Assembly: GCA_947630745.1 (NCBI GenBank)
Contig: CANRIT010000001.1
Location: forward strand, 30,732-94,731
From: an uncultured Clostridia bacterium
GTDB taxonomy: Bacteria; Bacillota; Clostridia; Christensenellales; UBA1242
Direction: 5' to 3'
DNA length: 64,000 nt
Every line of letters begins with the position of its first letter. Position 1 is the first letter of the stretch. The notes under the pieces are model-generated. The model was not told the DNA's origin. It did not search any database and was given only the letters and a program-made list of their open reading frames with translations. Made by a program: the position numbers and the translations under genes. Below, piece after piece: positions 26,612-37,277 of this stretch.

Positions 26612-27733
26612 TTGCTAAAAAATTTAAAAATTGATATATTGATGTTAATGGATGAAATTTTATTTTTTGACAACGCCAAACAAAGCATAACAAACTTTTT
26701 TGAACGGGAATTTAGTGGATTTCCGCCACTTATTCTGTCAAATTTTTTATCCAAATTTAATGACCTGTTAAATTATTCGGAAGAGGGCAACGTAATCCGC
26801 CCAAAAATTGTGTTTACTGACAACATTGATGCTGTGCTTAAAGTGCTGCCAAAAGTTAATGTGCTTACCGTTTTTGAAGATAATGACGGCGCAAACTTTT
26901 TAAATCGACTTAAATCGCTTTTGGCAATTGCAAAGCGCAACTGGTTTATTTATGTTGAATTTAAAGATGGGGTTATCCGCTACGGCTTGGTGATAAGCTT
27001 CACTTCAATTAAAGATAAAAGCGCGCTTAATGTTTTGCTGGAAACCAACGCGCTTAAAGACAAGCCAGTAAGTTGCGTTATTGTGCGTGCGCTTAACCTT
27101 TACACCATGAGCATAAATTCCACCAAAGGCAACAATTTGCTGGTTAACCTGTCGGTTGACAAGGCAAAAACCAACACTTTCAACACCGAGGTTAAAGAGT
27201 TTGTTGACGCAACCTTTTCTAAACTGCGCACCACCCAGCACAAGTTGCAGGATATGAAAAACATGTACATCAACATTTTTACCAATGTTATGAACGATGT
27301 AAACGGCACAATTTGCGTGATTGTGGATAAGGATTATAACTATAACGAAAACGGCATTTTTGCTGACGGAATTTGGCTTAAAGAACCAATTAGTTTTAGC
27401 AAACTTTTTACACAAAGCAAGTCGTATGATGAAGAAAAGTTGCAAGCCTATGCCGATTTGCTGTTTAATATGATAAACTTTGACGGCATAACAATTTTGG
27501 ACAACAAGGGCAGACTACGCGCATACAATGTTTTTGTAGAATTTAATTCAAAACGAGTAAACTACATTGTTGGCGGGGCAAGAAAGCGCGCCGCCTACTA
27601 CATACTTGGCAGCAAGCGAAAGGGTTTGGTTGGGGTGTACTTCCAAAGCCATGAAGGTGAAGTTTTCTACCGCGCAATAAACAACCCACCAGCCAAAAAG
27701 CAAGAAGAAAGCCAAATCACATTAAAACTATAA
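26612..27733 (+). CDS. protein with a divergent DAC (DisA_N / diadenylate-cyclase)-like C-terminal domain and an uncharacterised ~280-aa N-terminal domain
   Basis: C-terminal FDGITILDNKGRLRAYNVFV...VGGARKRAAYYILG...GLVGVYFQSHEGEVFY parallels the DAC layout HDGAvII..g.i.aA...LPL...GTRHRAA...vivVSEEtG.iS. DGA reads DGI and RHR reads RKR. Start codon uncertain. Confidence 0.4.
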   Translation: MLKNLKIDILMLMDEILFFDNAKQSITNFFEREFSGFPPLILSNFLSKFNDLLNYSEEGNVIRPKIVFTDNIDAVLKVLPKVNVLTVFEDNDGANFLNRLKSLLAIAKRNWFIYVEFKDGVIRYGLVISFTSIKDKSALNVLLETNALKDKPVSCVIVRALNLYTMSINSTKGNNLLVNLSVDKAKTNTFNTEVKEFVDATFSKLRTTQHKLQDMKNMYINIFTNVMNDVNGTICVIVDKDYNYNENGIFADGIWLKEPISFSKLFTQSKSYDEEKLQAYADLLFNMINFDGITILDNKGRLRAYNVFVEFNSKRVNYIVGGARKRAAYYILGSKRKGLVGVYFQSHEGEVFYRAINNPPAKKQEESQITLKL

Positions 27734-27760
27734 CTTTTTGAAAAAAGTAACAAAAAAGCA
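27732..27760 (+). repeat. AT-hairpin motif copy 4 (degenerate), overlapping the stop codon of the DAC-like gene
   Basis: AACTTTTTGAAAAAAGTAACAAAAAAGCA: ACTTTTT/AAAAAGT stem followed by the same AACAAAAAA tail as copies 1-3. Confidence 0.55.
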
Positions 27761-27853
27761 TGCAAAAAGTAAGAATAAACCAAATCACATTTAAATTGAA
27801 ACTAAATAAAAAATCATCAAAAATCAATAAAATTTTCACTAAAAAAGCAAAAA

Positions 27854-27872
27854 ATGGGATAAATTATCCCAT
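27854..27872. terminator. bidirectional intrinsic terminator
   Basis: ATGGGATA-AAT-TATCCCAT flanked by an A-run and a T-run. Confidence 0.6.
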
Positions 27873-27876
27873 TTTT

Positions 27877-28611
27877 TTATAATTTTTTAAATTTTGCTAC
27901 GGCACGGAAAATGGTTTTGTCTTCAATTTTGCCTTCGATGTAATAAAGGTTTTTGTACTTGCGCTTGTAAATTTTTATGTTGTCGCCTTCGTGACTTTCA
28001 TTTACAAAATACACTTCCCATTCCTTTATTTCCATTGCGCTAAACTCTTCAACTGAAAAAGCGTTTTCCGCCATAAAGTTGTACTTTGTGTTGTTGGTGT
28101 GATGATTTAGGTCAATGTCGGTTGAGCGCACGGTGTAGGTGTAAACATAATCCTTTTCGTCCACATCAAGTTTTAGGTTGGTGTAGTCCGCCTTAATATT
28201 TTGCGTGCATACCATTTCCAAATTTGGATAGCCAATGCTGGACGCCTTGCGAATGCGGTGGTTCTCCATATCTAGGCAGCACCATTCAGTTGTGGATTTA
28301 ACCTTAACTTGGCTACCCGCCTTAATTTGCCCATCGCGTTTAAAGCGCACCATTTCGGGTGGTTGCGTCCAAGTGGATAAAGTAAGCTTTTCCCCCACCT
28401 TAATTGGATTTATAAATTTCAACTTCATTTTGGTGACCACCCAAAAGGCGTTGTCGCGCTCTTCCATGGTTTTGTGGTCAAGCCCAATAAGGTTGGCGTG
28501 ATTGAATGCCACGCGTTCAACAATGCGAACAATGTCGTGTATTGCCACCTTGTTGGTAAAATCCAAATAGGTGTCATCAACCGAAAATTTTTCTTTATAA
28601 TAATTTTTCAT
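27877..28611 (-). CDS. acyl-ACP thioesterase
   Basis: 244 aa, double hot-dog Acyl-ACP_TE pattern (D....V....I....E.VAFNHAN..GL ... WVV.K...). Lies 9 nt downstream of the giant gene. Confidence 0.8.
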   Translation of the reverse strand: MKNYYKEKFSVDDTYLDFTNKVAIHDIVRIVERVAFNHANLIGLDHKTMEERDNAFWVVTKMKLKFINPIKVGEKLTLSTWTQPPEMVRFKRDGQIKAGSQVKVKSTTEWCCLDMENHRIRKASSIGYPNLEMVCTQNIKADYTNLKLDVDEKDYVYTYTVRSTDIDLNHHTNNTKYNFMAENAFSVEEFSAMEIKEWEVYFVNESHEGDNIKIYKRKYKNLYYIEGKIEDKTIFRAVAKFKKL

Positions 28612-28619
28612 TTTAGCCC

Positions 28620-31600
28620 CTATCTAATACGCATCTTGGTCCTTAACAAGATGATTGTAACCACAACAGCAATCACAATTATGCTAACCACCACAATTAC
28701 TATAATTGCCCATGTGTTAAGCGGTTGAGTGATTTTTACCCCGTAAGAAGAGATAATTCTGCCCGAACTAGTTTTTAACACGATATAGTAGTTGCCGTCA
28801 CTTTCTGTGCCAGCGCGTGCAATGCGCGAAGACGACATGCCGTGACCCGAACTGCTGGTTGCGTCAACTTTAAGCACAACTGCGTTGTCGTTGTTAATTC
28901 TATCTTTATAAACATAAATTGAACTGCTGCCAATCTGTTTATATATTTCGCCCAAATTGTAGCTTATTGTAAACCCTTTTGTGCTGCCCTCGCCCGCTTT
29001 AAGTGAGCAATCGATGTTAAGTTGAGGCTGGTTAAGCGAAAGGGTGAATGTTACCTGTCTTGCTGGGTAAATCCCCTCGTCAACAAGGTAGGTTATGTTA
29101 AATATCTGCCTATCTCTGCCATAAGGATTGGCGATGAAGAGTCGGCTTGCATATTCTGGCGACACCACTAAGTTATAATCAAGCACATAGTCGTTTTGTT
29201 TAAGCAACTCTTTAAACGCGGTGGTAAGCGCGCTTATGTCTTGCGCGGTCATATTGGTTTGATTTGTAACTTCAACAATCTGCTCGGTACGCTCTGCACC
29301 AAAACTGAATGCGGTGTACGCTTCGCTTGGCTCGACAATTGTAAATTCCAAGTTAGACACCAAACTATCCCCAGTTTGGCGTGGGCAAACAATTTGCACA
29401 CTGTACCATCCCGGTTGCGAGAAGCTGTAACTAAATCTGCGTGAAGACAAGTCGCTTATGGTCTGCTCAGCTGATGATGGGCTGTTGTAGCGATAGTTGT
29501 AAACAATATTGTTTCTGTCCGCGCCATATGCGGCAAGCGATTGAACAGCCACTGTCACTTCGCCATTATAGAACGCTTTGTTGATTGGCGCTTGACCATT
29601 TACAAGCACAGCAACTGCATTGTTTAAAATGGTAAGGCGAAGTTGTCTGGTTTCTATTTGATTGCCAACATTGCTTGTATCCCCGCTGAAACTGAACATA
29701 TTTGTGTTGCCTGCAAGGTCGGTAAATTGAATGGTATATTCGCCATTGCCTTTGATTGTAATTGCCGCCTTGCCGCTGTTTTCAAATTCAACAGCTTTGG
29801 TTGATACAAATTGATTGTAAAAGTACATGCTTACAAAATTGGTGTTTTTGTTTTTGATTTTTGCATTTGCGTTATACCCGCTGCCAACAAACGAAATTTC
29901 AAACTGCTCGCCTATCCATGTCTGTTGATGAATGTATGTTCCGCCATTAACCAAAATGTCGTTTCCAATAAAGTTGCTCATAACTGGCACAACAAGGGTG
30001 GCTGTGTAATATTCTTGCCCGTCCTTAACCAAACGATACAAGGTTAAAGTGTAATCGTCTTGGGTATCAGTGTAGTTGCCAAACGCGTCACTTTCGCCAT
30101 ATGGGTGAACGGTCATTTCGCGGTTGCTTATAAACAACTTGATGTTTTCATCATTATTTGGAAGATGCACATCTTCTTGTTGCGTTAAAACTTTACCACT
30201 AGATTCGTCCACGCCCAAATTTGAACTGGTAACAATTGCTTGAATAATAGTTTCCCTTGTTTTATTGCCAAAATTTGCATCGGTTAAAATTTCATTGATT
30301 GTAACAAGGCTGTTTGCTTCCATTTGCTCGCCGTCAATTTCAACAATAAATGGAGTGAACACGCTTGTGTCTTGTTGCAAAATAAAGGTGTAAACCACAT
30401 TGCCTAAACTGATTGCCTCGCCAGTTTGCGCATTTAAAATGCTTGCGGTTATAACAAACCTATAAATGCCCGTGTTGTCGCCAGTTGGAGCAAGGTGGAA
30501 GCGGTCGTTTTCCATTGAGATTTCGGTTAGCGCGCCGTTGTTTTCTTCCACAAACATTTGATATCTATACTGATAACTTACTTGCTCGCCCGACCTATCA
30601 ACTGGGCGGAAGAGTACAAATCTTTCCCCAACACCTATGCTTGCATAGTTGGTGCTTGAAATGTCGTCCACATTGCTGTCAAACGCCATAATGTTGCTAT
30701 CGTCACCCGCTGCGGTTAAGTTTTCCACATTCGCGGTGCGCGTGTCAATAATGATGTGATAAGTGTTTGGATTAGCCTCGTACTGCGAATCGTCAAGATA
30801 ACTAAGCGCGCAAATTATTTCAAGTTTTGCGCCCGCCTTGTTGGCAAAGAATGGATGAATATCAATTCTGCCGTCTGCAACATCGATTATGCGATAGTTT
30901 GCGCCTTGATAGTTGTAGTTTTCGTTTTCATAAATGGTTTTAAATTCGCCACCAAAAATGGCATATTGTATATCCACGCTGTAAAAGGTTGTGTTGTAGA
31001 ATATTGTTGTGTCGTTAAAGGTGTAATAAATGTCGCGCGCTTGGTCGTGATAACTTGCCCCTTCAAACGCAACTCGGTCAAATTCGGTGATTGAAGTGGT
31101 GTCAAACATATGCGCCAACTTGCTGCCAAATGTGGTTACCACAAGCAGATATGTACCATTTAAATTGCTAATTTTGTCAGTTGGCGCGGTTGCCATTCTG
31201 TCATCAAAAACGCCATCGTTGTTATCGTCAAACCATTCAAAGAACAAGTTTGGCTCGTGGAATTTAAACACGCGTGTTATGTTGTCATTGCCGCCTTTAA
31301 GCATAATTTCGCTGGCGTGATACATTACCCCGTCTGCTTGATTTATTGCCTTGGTTAAATCAACTTCGTTGTTAACAACCAAACTGGCTGGCAAAATTTT
31401 TAAATCCGTTGTGCTGTAAAAGTTTATGTAGAAAACTTTTGTAGCGCTGCGGGTAAATAAGGTTAATCTGTAATTGCCATAAACAAATCTGCCACCTTCG
31501 CTAAACAAATTAACAATTTGACTAGCCAATCCATTGTTGTTAAATTGGCTGCTTAAATTGGTGTTGATATAATTTGGCGATGTGCCTTGCGCGACATTTC

Positions 31601-34600
31601 CGTTTTGGTCAAGGCGTGCCAATTCAAACATGTAGAATCTATCAAACATAGAGATGTCGTTTTGATAGTTAAACGCGTTTTGGCTTGGCAATGTAATGCT
31701 TTCAAACACTTCAACCGACTGATTGTTTGTGTTGAAAGTGAAAGGCTGAGTTTGCTCTGACATGTTTTTAAGTTGCAAGGTTAAAGTTAAATTGTCGTAT
31801 TCTTGCCCATCATCGTAGAACACCACATACTGGGTAAGGTTGCCCGCCAAATCTTGTTCAACAATTTCGTAATACCCCGCATGCGTAAACAACTCACCAA
31901 ATGTAGTAGGAAGTTGCGTTACATGGCTGTATCCGCCAAAGTTTGCATACTCCAAACTGCCAAGCGTAATGCTGTTGCCATTGTTCCAATCTTTGATGTG
32001 TATGGTTGCAACATCTTCGGCTGAATATGGGGTGGTGTTGGTAACACTAAATGCATAGATGTTGTTTATCTGCCCCGCGCCATTATGCCAGCCAGTATAC
32101 ACTTTTATATGATTGCCACCAATTGTTGCATCTTCAAAAATTTGCTTGCTTGCTGGGTTTACTGCGTTTTGCAAAAGTCGGTCGTTATCTTGCAAATAGG
32201 TTATGTTGTTAGAAGGCGCTTGCCTATCCACAACAATGGTGTAAGTTTTTTCAAAATAATAAGTTGGGTCGGTTTTGCCCGGTTCAAAATAGTAATAGCA
32301 ATTTGCAAACGCCGCGCGGTTTGAGCCTATTGTGTCACTTTCCCACCTTAGCGTTATTGTGTAGGTGGTTGTTTGATTTAGTGCCGCGGTGTTGCTGATT
32401 GTAATCACCATATTTTCGCCGTCCGCCACGCTTGCAAACCTATCCCCACTTTGCGCGCCATATCTATAACTGAAACGATAGGTTTGTGGGTTTGCCACAT
32501 TTGGTTCGGAAATGGTTTGAATTATATCAAAATATGCTGGATCGGTCTGGGCAAGAATTTCGTCTGTGTTTTTATCAATTATGTTTGCTTTTGGAATGGT
32601 GATTGTTATTGTGTCTTTGTTGGTTGACCAACGCAAATCTTCAAAATTGGCATTTTGGGTGTAGTCGTCCGTGCTTGCAGTTATGCTTGCTTTTGCGCCC
32701 GACAAGGCGTTTGGCAAACCAATTCTAAACCCAAGCAGTTGCCTATTTAAACTTGCGCTTGATTTTATCGCATCGCTAATAACTACAACATAGTCGCCCG
32801 GCAATGTTAGCCAATCGTTCTGCCCGTCTGTGGTCATAAATCTGCTTATTAGCGTGTTGCCCAAAATGTCCGCTTGTTGCGACAGATTAATTTTAAAATA
32901 TCCGTTGCTTATATACGCGCTGTTTTGAGTGTTTTTGTTGTATTCAAACAATTTTATAGTCTTGTTGCTGTTTGCTGGCAACTGGCTGAACACATCGTTA
33001 AACCACACGCTTATGTAAAGCGAATTTGCCAAATAATCCGCATCCACACCTTGTTTGTAATATTTTTGAGTTGGCACATTTATTGTTGCTGGCAAGCGCA
33101 AGGTGTTGTCCGTGTTTAAATACACTGGATAGCGCAAATCTTCGTACTTCTGGTTAAGCCCTTCACCTTCGCGATAAGTGAATTGTTCGGTTTGGGCGGT
33201 GGTGGCAAAATTGTTGTATTTTACCTTGTTGTTAAACAATCCAAAATTTATGCCCACGCCAATGCCGTTTGACAAAATGCCGTTGCGGTCAATTATAAAA
33301 TAGTATTTAAGCACTTTGCTGTCAGTATTTGTGCCGTCTTTTTTGTATGTTCTGGTAACTTCATACAACCCGTCTACGCTGCTGCCCACACGATAGCCAA
33401 TAAGCACATATCCGCGCTGATTATCGTACTTGCCTGCATTTGTTGAGTATGTTCCGTCTTTGTAAACTTCAACAGATGTGCCAATTGTGTTGTAGAAATA
33501 TGTATTTTCTAAATCCACATTATCTTTATTTAAATCCAACTCATAACGCTGATAAGAAATCGATTCAACCTCGGTTTCGCTGCCCGTTGCGCCGTTGTTC
33601 CAAACAAAGTAGACATAGTTGTCTTTGGTTGCCTCAGCTGCGGTTATATCTTTGCCAGTAATAAGGCGGTTTGTCTGTTGCTTGTCCGCAAACAAATCGT
33701 TGTAACTAGAACTTTCACCTATTGTAAGTTGAGTGTTGAAATAGTACACTTCCCCGCGTGAATTATCGCGGTTAATTTCAAGCACCACATAACTGCTGCT
33801 AGATAGCGCACCAACATTTTTGTTGTTTTCGCCGAGCAAGTAGAACGAACGAATCATGCTGGTGGATTTTTCTTGCTCGCTATACGACATGGTTTTGCTT
33901 GTTGAATTGCTTTGTTCGCTGTAAGAATTGTTAAAATAGCTTTGGTCCATGTTAAGGCTGGTATCCATAACATTTGTAACATAATTGTACGCGGTTAGCG
34001 AATAGTTTTTAACTGCCAAATATCTTTCGTTTTGCGAATTGCCAAACAGACTGGTTAGCTTTTCTAAATTTGTGCTTGAATTAAAGTATTCACCGCTATA
34101 ACTTCCCGCCACCAACTGCCTAAATGCCAACTCTTCCCCGTTACCAGAAAGCGTGTTGTTAACAATTTTTATTGCCTTATGTGTGCCAGTGGTGATAGTG
34201 ATGTCCCCGCTGTATGTGTGCATTTCGCGCGTTAAGTAACTGCTTTCTTTCGCATTCACTTCTTGCACTTTAAAATATGCCTCGCTGTTATCTATAACAT
34301 ACATGTAGCGCGTGCTGTTGCCCGCTTGGTCGGTTATAACAAACAGATAGATGCCTTGTTTTTCCACCAACCTTAATCCGTCACTAAACACATGGTGTTC
34401 AATTTTGGACAAATCCGCTTGCATTTTGTTTGTTATCCAAAGTTGATTTATGCCTTGCGTGCCCAAAACTTGCATTTCTTTTATATCTTCTGCTGTTGTG
34501 GTAAATGGAACAAACAGATATTCTGCCGTCACGCTTGCCCCGCTTGGTTTTGCATCCCAGTCGATTGCAAAGCGTTGATTTGTTATTGCAAAACTGTTTA

Positions 34601-36911
34601 TGTCAAGCTTAACTTTGCTGCCGTTTAAATATCTATACTGATAAACTGGGCGATTAAATTGGTTGGTTGTAAGTTCGGTTTCGTACAGCGCAACATTGTT
34701 TATTGGGCTGCGGTCGATAGTGAAGGTGTATGGCTCGCTTGAAATGTATGGGCAATCCACCACCACTTTGTAGTGCATGTAGTCGTTTTGAACATCGTCA
34801 CCAAGTTCCGCGCCATTGGTTAATGGTTGGGCTGTGCCGTAGTTATAATCTTGGTCTGATGCTGGGTCATGCGAAGTGGCATAGGTAACCGACACTTCTT
34901 GTTCAAACACACCTGCCTCTTGCCAAGTTACTTTTACATTTTCCTTAGTGTAGCCGTCCGCCATTATGGTTTGTTCGCTGCCCACAGTGGTTATGTTTGC
35001 CTTGATTAGCGATTGGTTGTAGCGGTAAGCAAACATATAATATCTTCCGTTGTCTGCAACCGTTGCGCTGTTATTTTCCAAAACATTTAAAAACACTATG
35101 TAATAGCCTGGTGTGTTTAAGAATGTGGTTTCGTCATATCTAGTTTTTCCAGCAAGTGCGTTTTGTTCGCTGTTTAAATTGAGTTGTGCTTGTGTGTTGT
35201 CCACAAAAATTTCGCCAACAAAATTGCGGTCATCTGCGCGGAAGAAGAAACTTTTGTTAAAATTGATGCGATAGTCGGACAAAAATTGCACCGAACCCAA
35301 ATTTGTGGTTAAATGGTCGTAATCAATTGCGCCTATAAACTTTTTGATGTCTTCCACATTTGTTGTGTTGTTGCTTTGTGTGTCAAAAATTTTTGCCCAG
35401 TCATCAACCGATTTAGATTGGAAGGTCTGCCCCAAATTTGTATCAAAACTGCTTGTGGTAATTGTGTTGCCCACGCGCGTTTTTGCATCTTGCTCACCAA
35501 GGTCGGTTGAGTAGTGAATTTTGCCGTCTTCTGGTTGCGACTTGTTTGTGTAGCCAGATGGAACGATTAAATCCACCATGTTGCTGTTTGCCGCAAACTT
35601 TATGTATTTAAATTGCACATTTGCACCAAAGCGCGCGTACTGATTTTGCACGCCCACAATGTCAAGTTGAAAACCGTTTATTGTAAGGTTTTCCATTTGC
35701 GGTGCGTTGTTGCGATTGTAGCCAGTGTAAATGTAGGCAAATGAGAAGTTGTAACTACCATAATCGGTAAGCACAATTGTTGCCAAATGCTGGCTGTCTG
35801 TGTGCGCAAGAGCGAACGATTTGCTGGAAACCGCCGCGCCATTTGTGTCCGTTATATTTAAATCCAATGTTCGACTTGCCGCGTTGTAAGTGTAAGTGTA
35901 ATTTGATGTGCGCTCGTTGGCAAAATAGCGATAGCTAAGACTGTAACGCGTGTAGTCGTAGGTTATGGTTGGATAGTTTGCACCGCTACCTAAAATGTAA
36001 GTATATTGGTTGTTTTGTAAACTTAATGCGCCACCTTCGCCATTGTTACTACGCCCACAACTTAGGGTTGGTTTTGCTGTGTAAATATTTTTGTTTGACT
36101 CGTCATCGCCATATTCGGTGTAGGTTTTTGTGTACGAACTTTCGCGCACAAGATAAAAACTAAACCTTGCCCCGTCCCCACCATAGTCGGTGATGTTGCC
36201 GTACGAATAGTTTAATTGAATGGTGTAATAACCTTCTGGCGCATCCTTTGGCAGAACATAGGCAAAATCCCAATGTTCGCCATCATATTGTCTGGTGTAC
36301 CAATTATTAAACTCATCACTTTCTTTTGTAACCGTTTCACCATTGATTGTTATAACTGAGTCGGTAACAAGCCCAATGCCCACACCAGTGTTGGACTCCT
36401 GTTCGTTGTAATCTTTGTTAAGCGCAGTTTTAACTTCGCCACTTTCAAAATAATATTGCCCAAACGAAATAACAATTGTTTCGTCCAATTTTTTTGTTTC
36501 GCCTGATGATTGAACTTGCTGCCCGCTGTCGTTGTTAAGCATAACAAATTCGTTATCCCTAACCGCGTATCTAATGTTGCTACCATTTCCCGGGATTGAT
36601 TTGTAATAAATCTGCTTATCGTCTTCTTCTTCATATCCGCCGCCCGCCAAAACAGACGCTTCATCAAAAGGTTGAGTTTTTTTGCCGTCCTCATCCCACA
36701 GCACGCCCACCTTTTCTATATTAAAAACAAGCCCGTTGTTATCCACACCAGTAAAGCCGTTTGTTTCGTCCCTATTAAAGCCGGGGTTGGTAACCGCGTT
36801 TGCGCTTGGTTGCCTAATAAAATTTATGCAAAACGCAGACATAACAACTGCAAAACACAATGCAATTGCACCCCATAAAATTTTTAAATTTATTTTATGT
36901 TTAGTTTTCAT
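28620..36911 (-). CDS. giant (2,763-aa) surface protein with an N-terminal signal/anchor and a C-terminal TM anchor; many divergent Ig-like beta-sandwich modules
   Basis: ORF trimmed to the ATG after AAGGGG (MKTKHKINLKILWGAIALCFAVVMSAF...). C-terminus WAIIVIVVVSIIVIAVVVTIILLRTKMRIR. Recurring module ends of the form G.Y.[IFV].[IV].D.AGN (GIYLFVITDQAGNS, GYYEIVEQDLAGNL, GEYTIQFTDLAGNT). Rich in N, T, Y and S. No LPXTG. Confidence 0.8.
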   Translation of the reverse strand: MKTKHKINLKILWGAIALCFAVVMSAFCINFIRQPSANAVTNPGFNRDETNGFTGVDNNGLVFNIEKVGVLWDEDGKKTQPFDEASVLAGGGYEEEDDKQIYYKSIPGNGSNIRYAVRDNEFVMLNNDSGQQVQSSGETKKLDETIVISFGQYYFESGEVKTALNKDYNEQESNTGVGIGLVTDSVITINGETVTKESDEFNNWYTRQYDGEHWDFAYVLPKDAPEGYYTIQLNYSYGNITDYGGDGARFSFYLVRESSYTKTYTEYGDDESNKNIYTAKPTLSCGRSNNGEGGALSLQNNQYTYILGSGANYPTITYDYTRYSLSYRYFANERTSNYTYTYNAASRTLDLNITDTNGAAVSSKSFALAHTDSQHLATIVLTDYGSYNFSFAYIYTGYNRNNAPQMENLTINGFQLDIVGVQNQYARFGANVQFKYIKFAANSNMVDLIVPSGYTNKSQPEDGKIHYSTDLGEQDAKTRVGNTITTSSFDTNLGQTFQSKSVDDWAKIFDTQSNNTTNVEDIKKFIGAIDYDHLTTNLGSVQFLSDYRINFNKSFFFRADDRNFVGEIFVDNTQAQLNLNSEQNALAGKTRYDETTFLNTPGYYIVFLNVLENNSATVADNGRYYMFAYRYNQSLIKANITTVGSEQTIMADGYTKENVKVTWQEAGVFEQEVSVTYATSHDPASDQDYNYGTAQPLTNGAELGDDVQNDYMHYKVVVDCPYISSEPYTFTIDRSPINNVALYETELTTNQFNRPVYQYRYLNGSKVKLDINSFAITNQRFAIDWDAKPSGASVTAEYLFVPFTTTAEDIKEMQVLGTQGINQLWITNKMQADLSKIEHHVFSDGLRLVEKQGIYLFVITDQAGNSTRYMYVIDNSEAYFKVQEVNAKESSYLTREMHTYSGDITITTGTHKAIKIVNNTLSGNGEELAFRQLVAGSYSGEYFNSSTNLEKLTSLFGNSQNERYLAVKNYSLTAYNYVTNVMDTSLNMDQSYFNNSYSEQSNSTSKTMSYSEQEKSTSMIRSFYLLGENNKNVGALSSSSYVVLEINRDNSRGEVYYFNTQLTIGESSSYNDLFADKQQTNRLITGKDITAAEATKDNYVYFVWNNGATGSETEVESISYQRYELDLNKDNVDLENTYFYNTIGTSVEVYKDGTYSTNAGKYDNQRGYVLIGYRVGSSVDGLYEVTRTYKKDGTNTDSKVLKYYFIIDRNGILSNGIGVGINFGLFNNKVKYNNFATTAQTEQFTYREGEGLNQKYEDLRYPVYLNTDNTLRLPATINVPTQKYYKQGVDADYLANSLYISVWFNDVFSQLPANSNKTIKLFEYNKNTQNSAYISNGYFKINLSQQADILGNTLISRFMTTDGQNDWLTLPGDYVVVISDAIKSSASLNRQLLGFRIGLPNALSGAKASITASTDDYTQNANFEDLRWSTNKDTITITIPKANIIDKNTDEILAQTDPAYFDIIQTISEPNVANPQTYRFSYRYGAQSGDRFASVADGENMVITISNTAALNQTTTYTITLRWESDTIGSNRAAFANCYYYFEPGKTDPTYYFEKTYTIVVDRQAPSNNITYLQDNDRLLQNAVNPASKQIFEDATIGGNHIKVYTGWHNGAGQINNIYAFSVTNTTPYSAEDVATIHIKDWNNGNSITLGSLEYANFGGYSHVTQLPTTFGELFTHAGYYEIVEQDLAGNLTQYVVFYDDGQEYDNLTLTLQLKNMSEQTQPFTFNTNNQSVEVFESITLPSQNAFNYQNDISMFDRFYMFELARLDQNGNVAQGTSPNYINTNLSSQFNNNGLASQIVNLFSEGGRFVYGNYRLTLFTRSATKVFYINFYSTTDLKILPASLVVNNEVDLTKAINQADGVMYHASEIMLKGGNDNITRVFKFHEPNLFFEWFDDNNDGVFDDRMATAPTDKISNLNGTYLLVVTTFGSKLAHMFDTTSITEFDRVAFEGASYHDQARDIYYTFNDTTIFYNTTFYSVDIQYAIFGGEFKTIYENENYNYQGANYRIIDVADGRIDIHPFFANKAGAKLEIICALSYLDDSQYEANPNTYHIIIDTRTANVENLTAAGDDSNIMAFDSNVDDISSTNYASIGVGERFVLFRPVDRSGEQVSYQYRYQMFVEENNGALTEISMENDRFHLAPTGDNTGIYRFVITASILNAQTGEAISLGNVVYTFILQQDTSVFTPFIVEIDGEQMEANSLVTINEILTDANFGNKTRETIIQAIVTSSNLGVDESSGKVLTQQEDVHLPNNDENIKLFISNREMTVHPYGESDAFGNYTDTQDDYTLTLYRLVKDGQEYYTATLVVPVMSNFIGNDILVNGGTYIHQQTWIGEQFEISFVGSGYNANAKIKNKNTNFVSMYFYNQFVSTKAVEFENSGKAAITIKGNGEYTIQFTDLAGNTNMFSFSGDTSNVGNQIETRQLRLTILNNAVAVLVNGQAPINKAFYNGEVTVAVQSLAAYGADRNNIVYNYRYNSPSSAEQTISDLSSRRFSYSFSQPGWYSVQIVCPRQTGDSLVSNLEFTIVEPSEAYTAFSFGAERTEQIVEVTNQTNMTAQDISALTTAFKELLKQNDYVLDYNLVVSPEYASRLFIANPYGRDRQIFNITYLVDEGIYPARQVTFTLSLNQPQLNIDCSLKAGEGSTKGFTISYNLGEIYKQIGSSSIYVYKDRINNDNAVVLKVDATSSSGHGMSSSRIARAGTESDGNYYIVLKTSSGRIISSYGVKITQPLNTWAIIVIVVVSIIVIAVVVTIILLRTKMRIR

Positions 36912-37277
36912 TTTACCCCTTAATTTATTTTCCCAAATAAAGCGCAAATTATTTATTTATAAATAATTTTGTGGAATTATAGGGAATTATTTAATTTAAT
37001 TATATCACATCAAAAATAAATATCCAAATGAAATAAATAATTTTAAAAAAATTATAATAAAAATATTTTTATTATTTTTACGCCTTTTATTTCCCAAATT
37101 TTCTGGCTGCGTTTGTTGATTTAATATATATAAAAAAGTTAAATATAAAGGTTAAAATTTAAAATTTTTTATAATTTTTTTCATTTTTGCACATTTTTTA
37201 ATGATTTTTATTGATTTTTTAAGGGATTTTTAAGAATTTTTTATTTTTTAATATTTTTTATCAACAATTTAAAGCAT

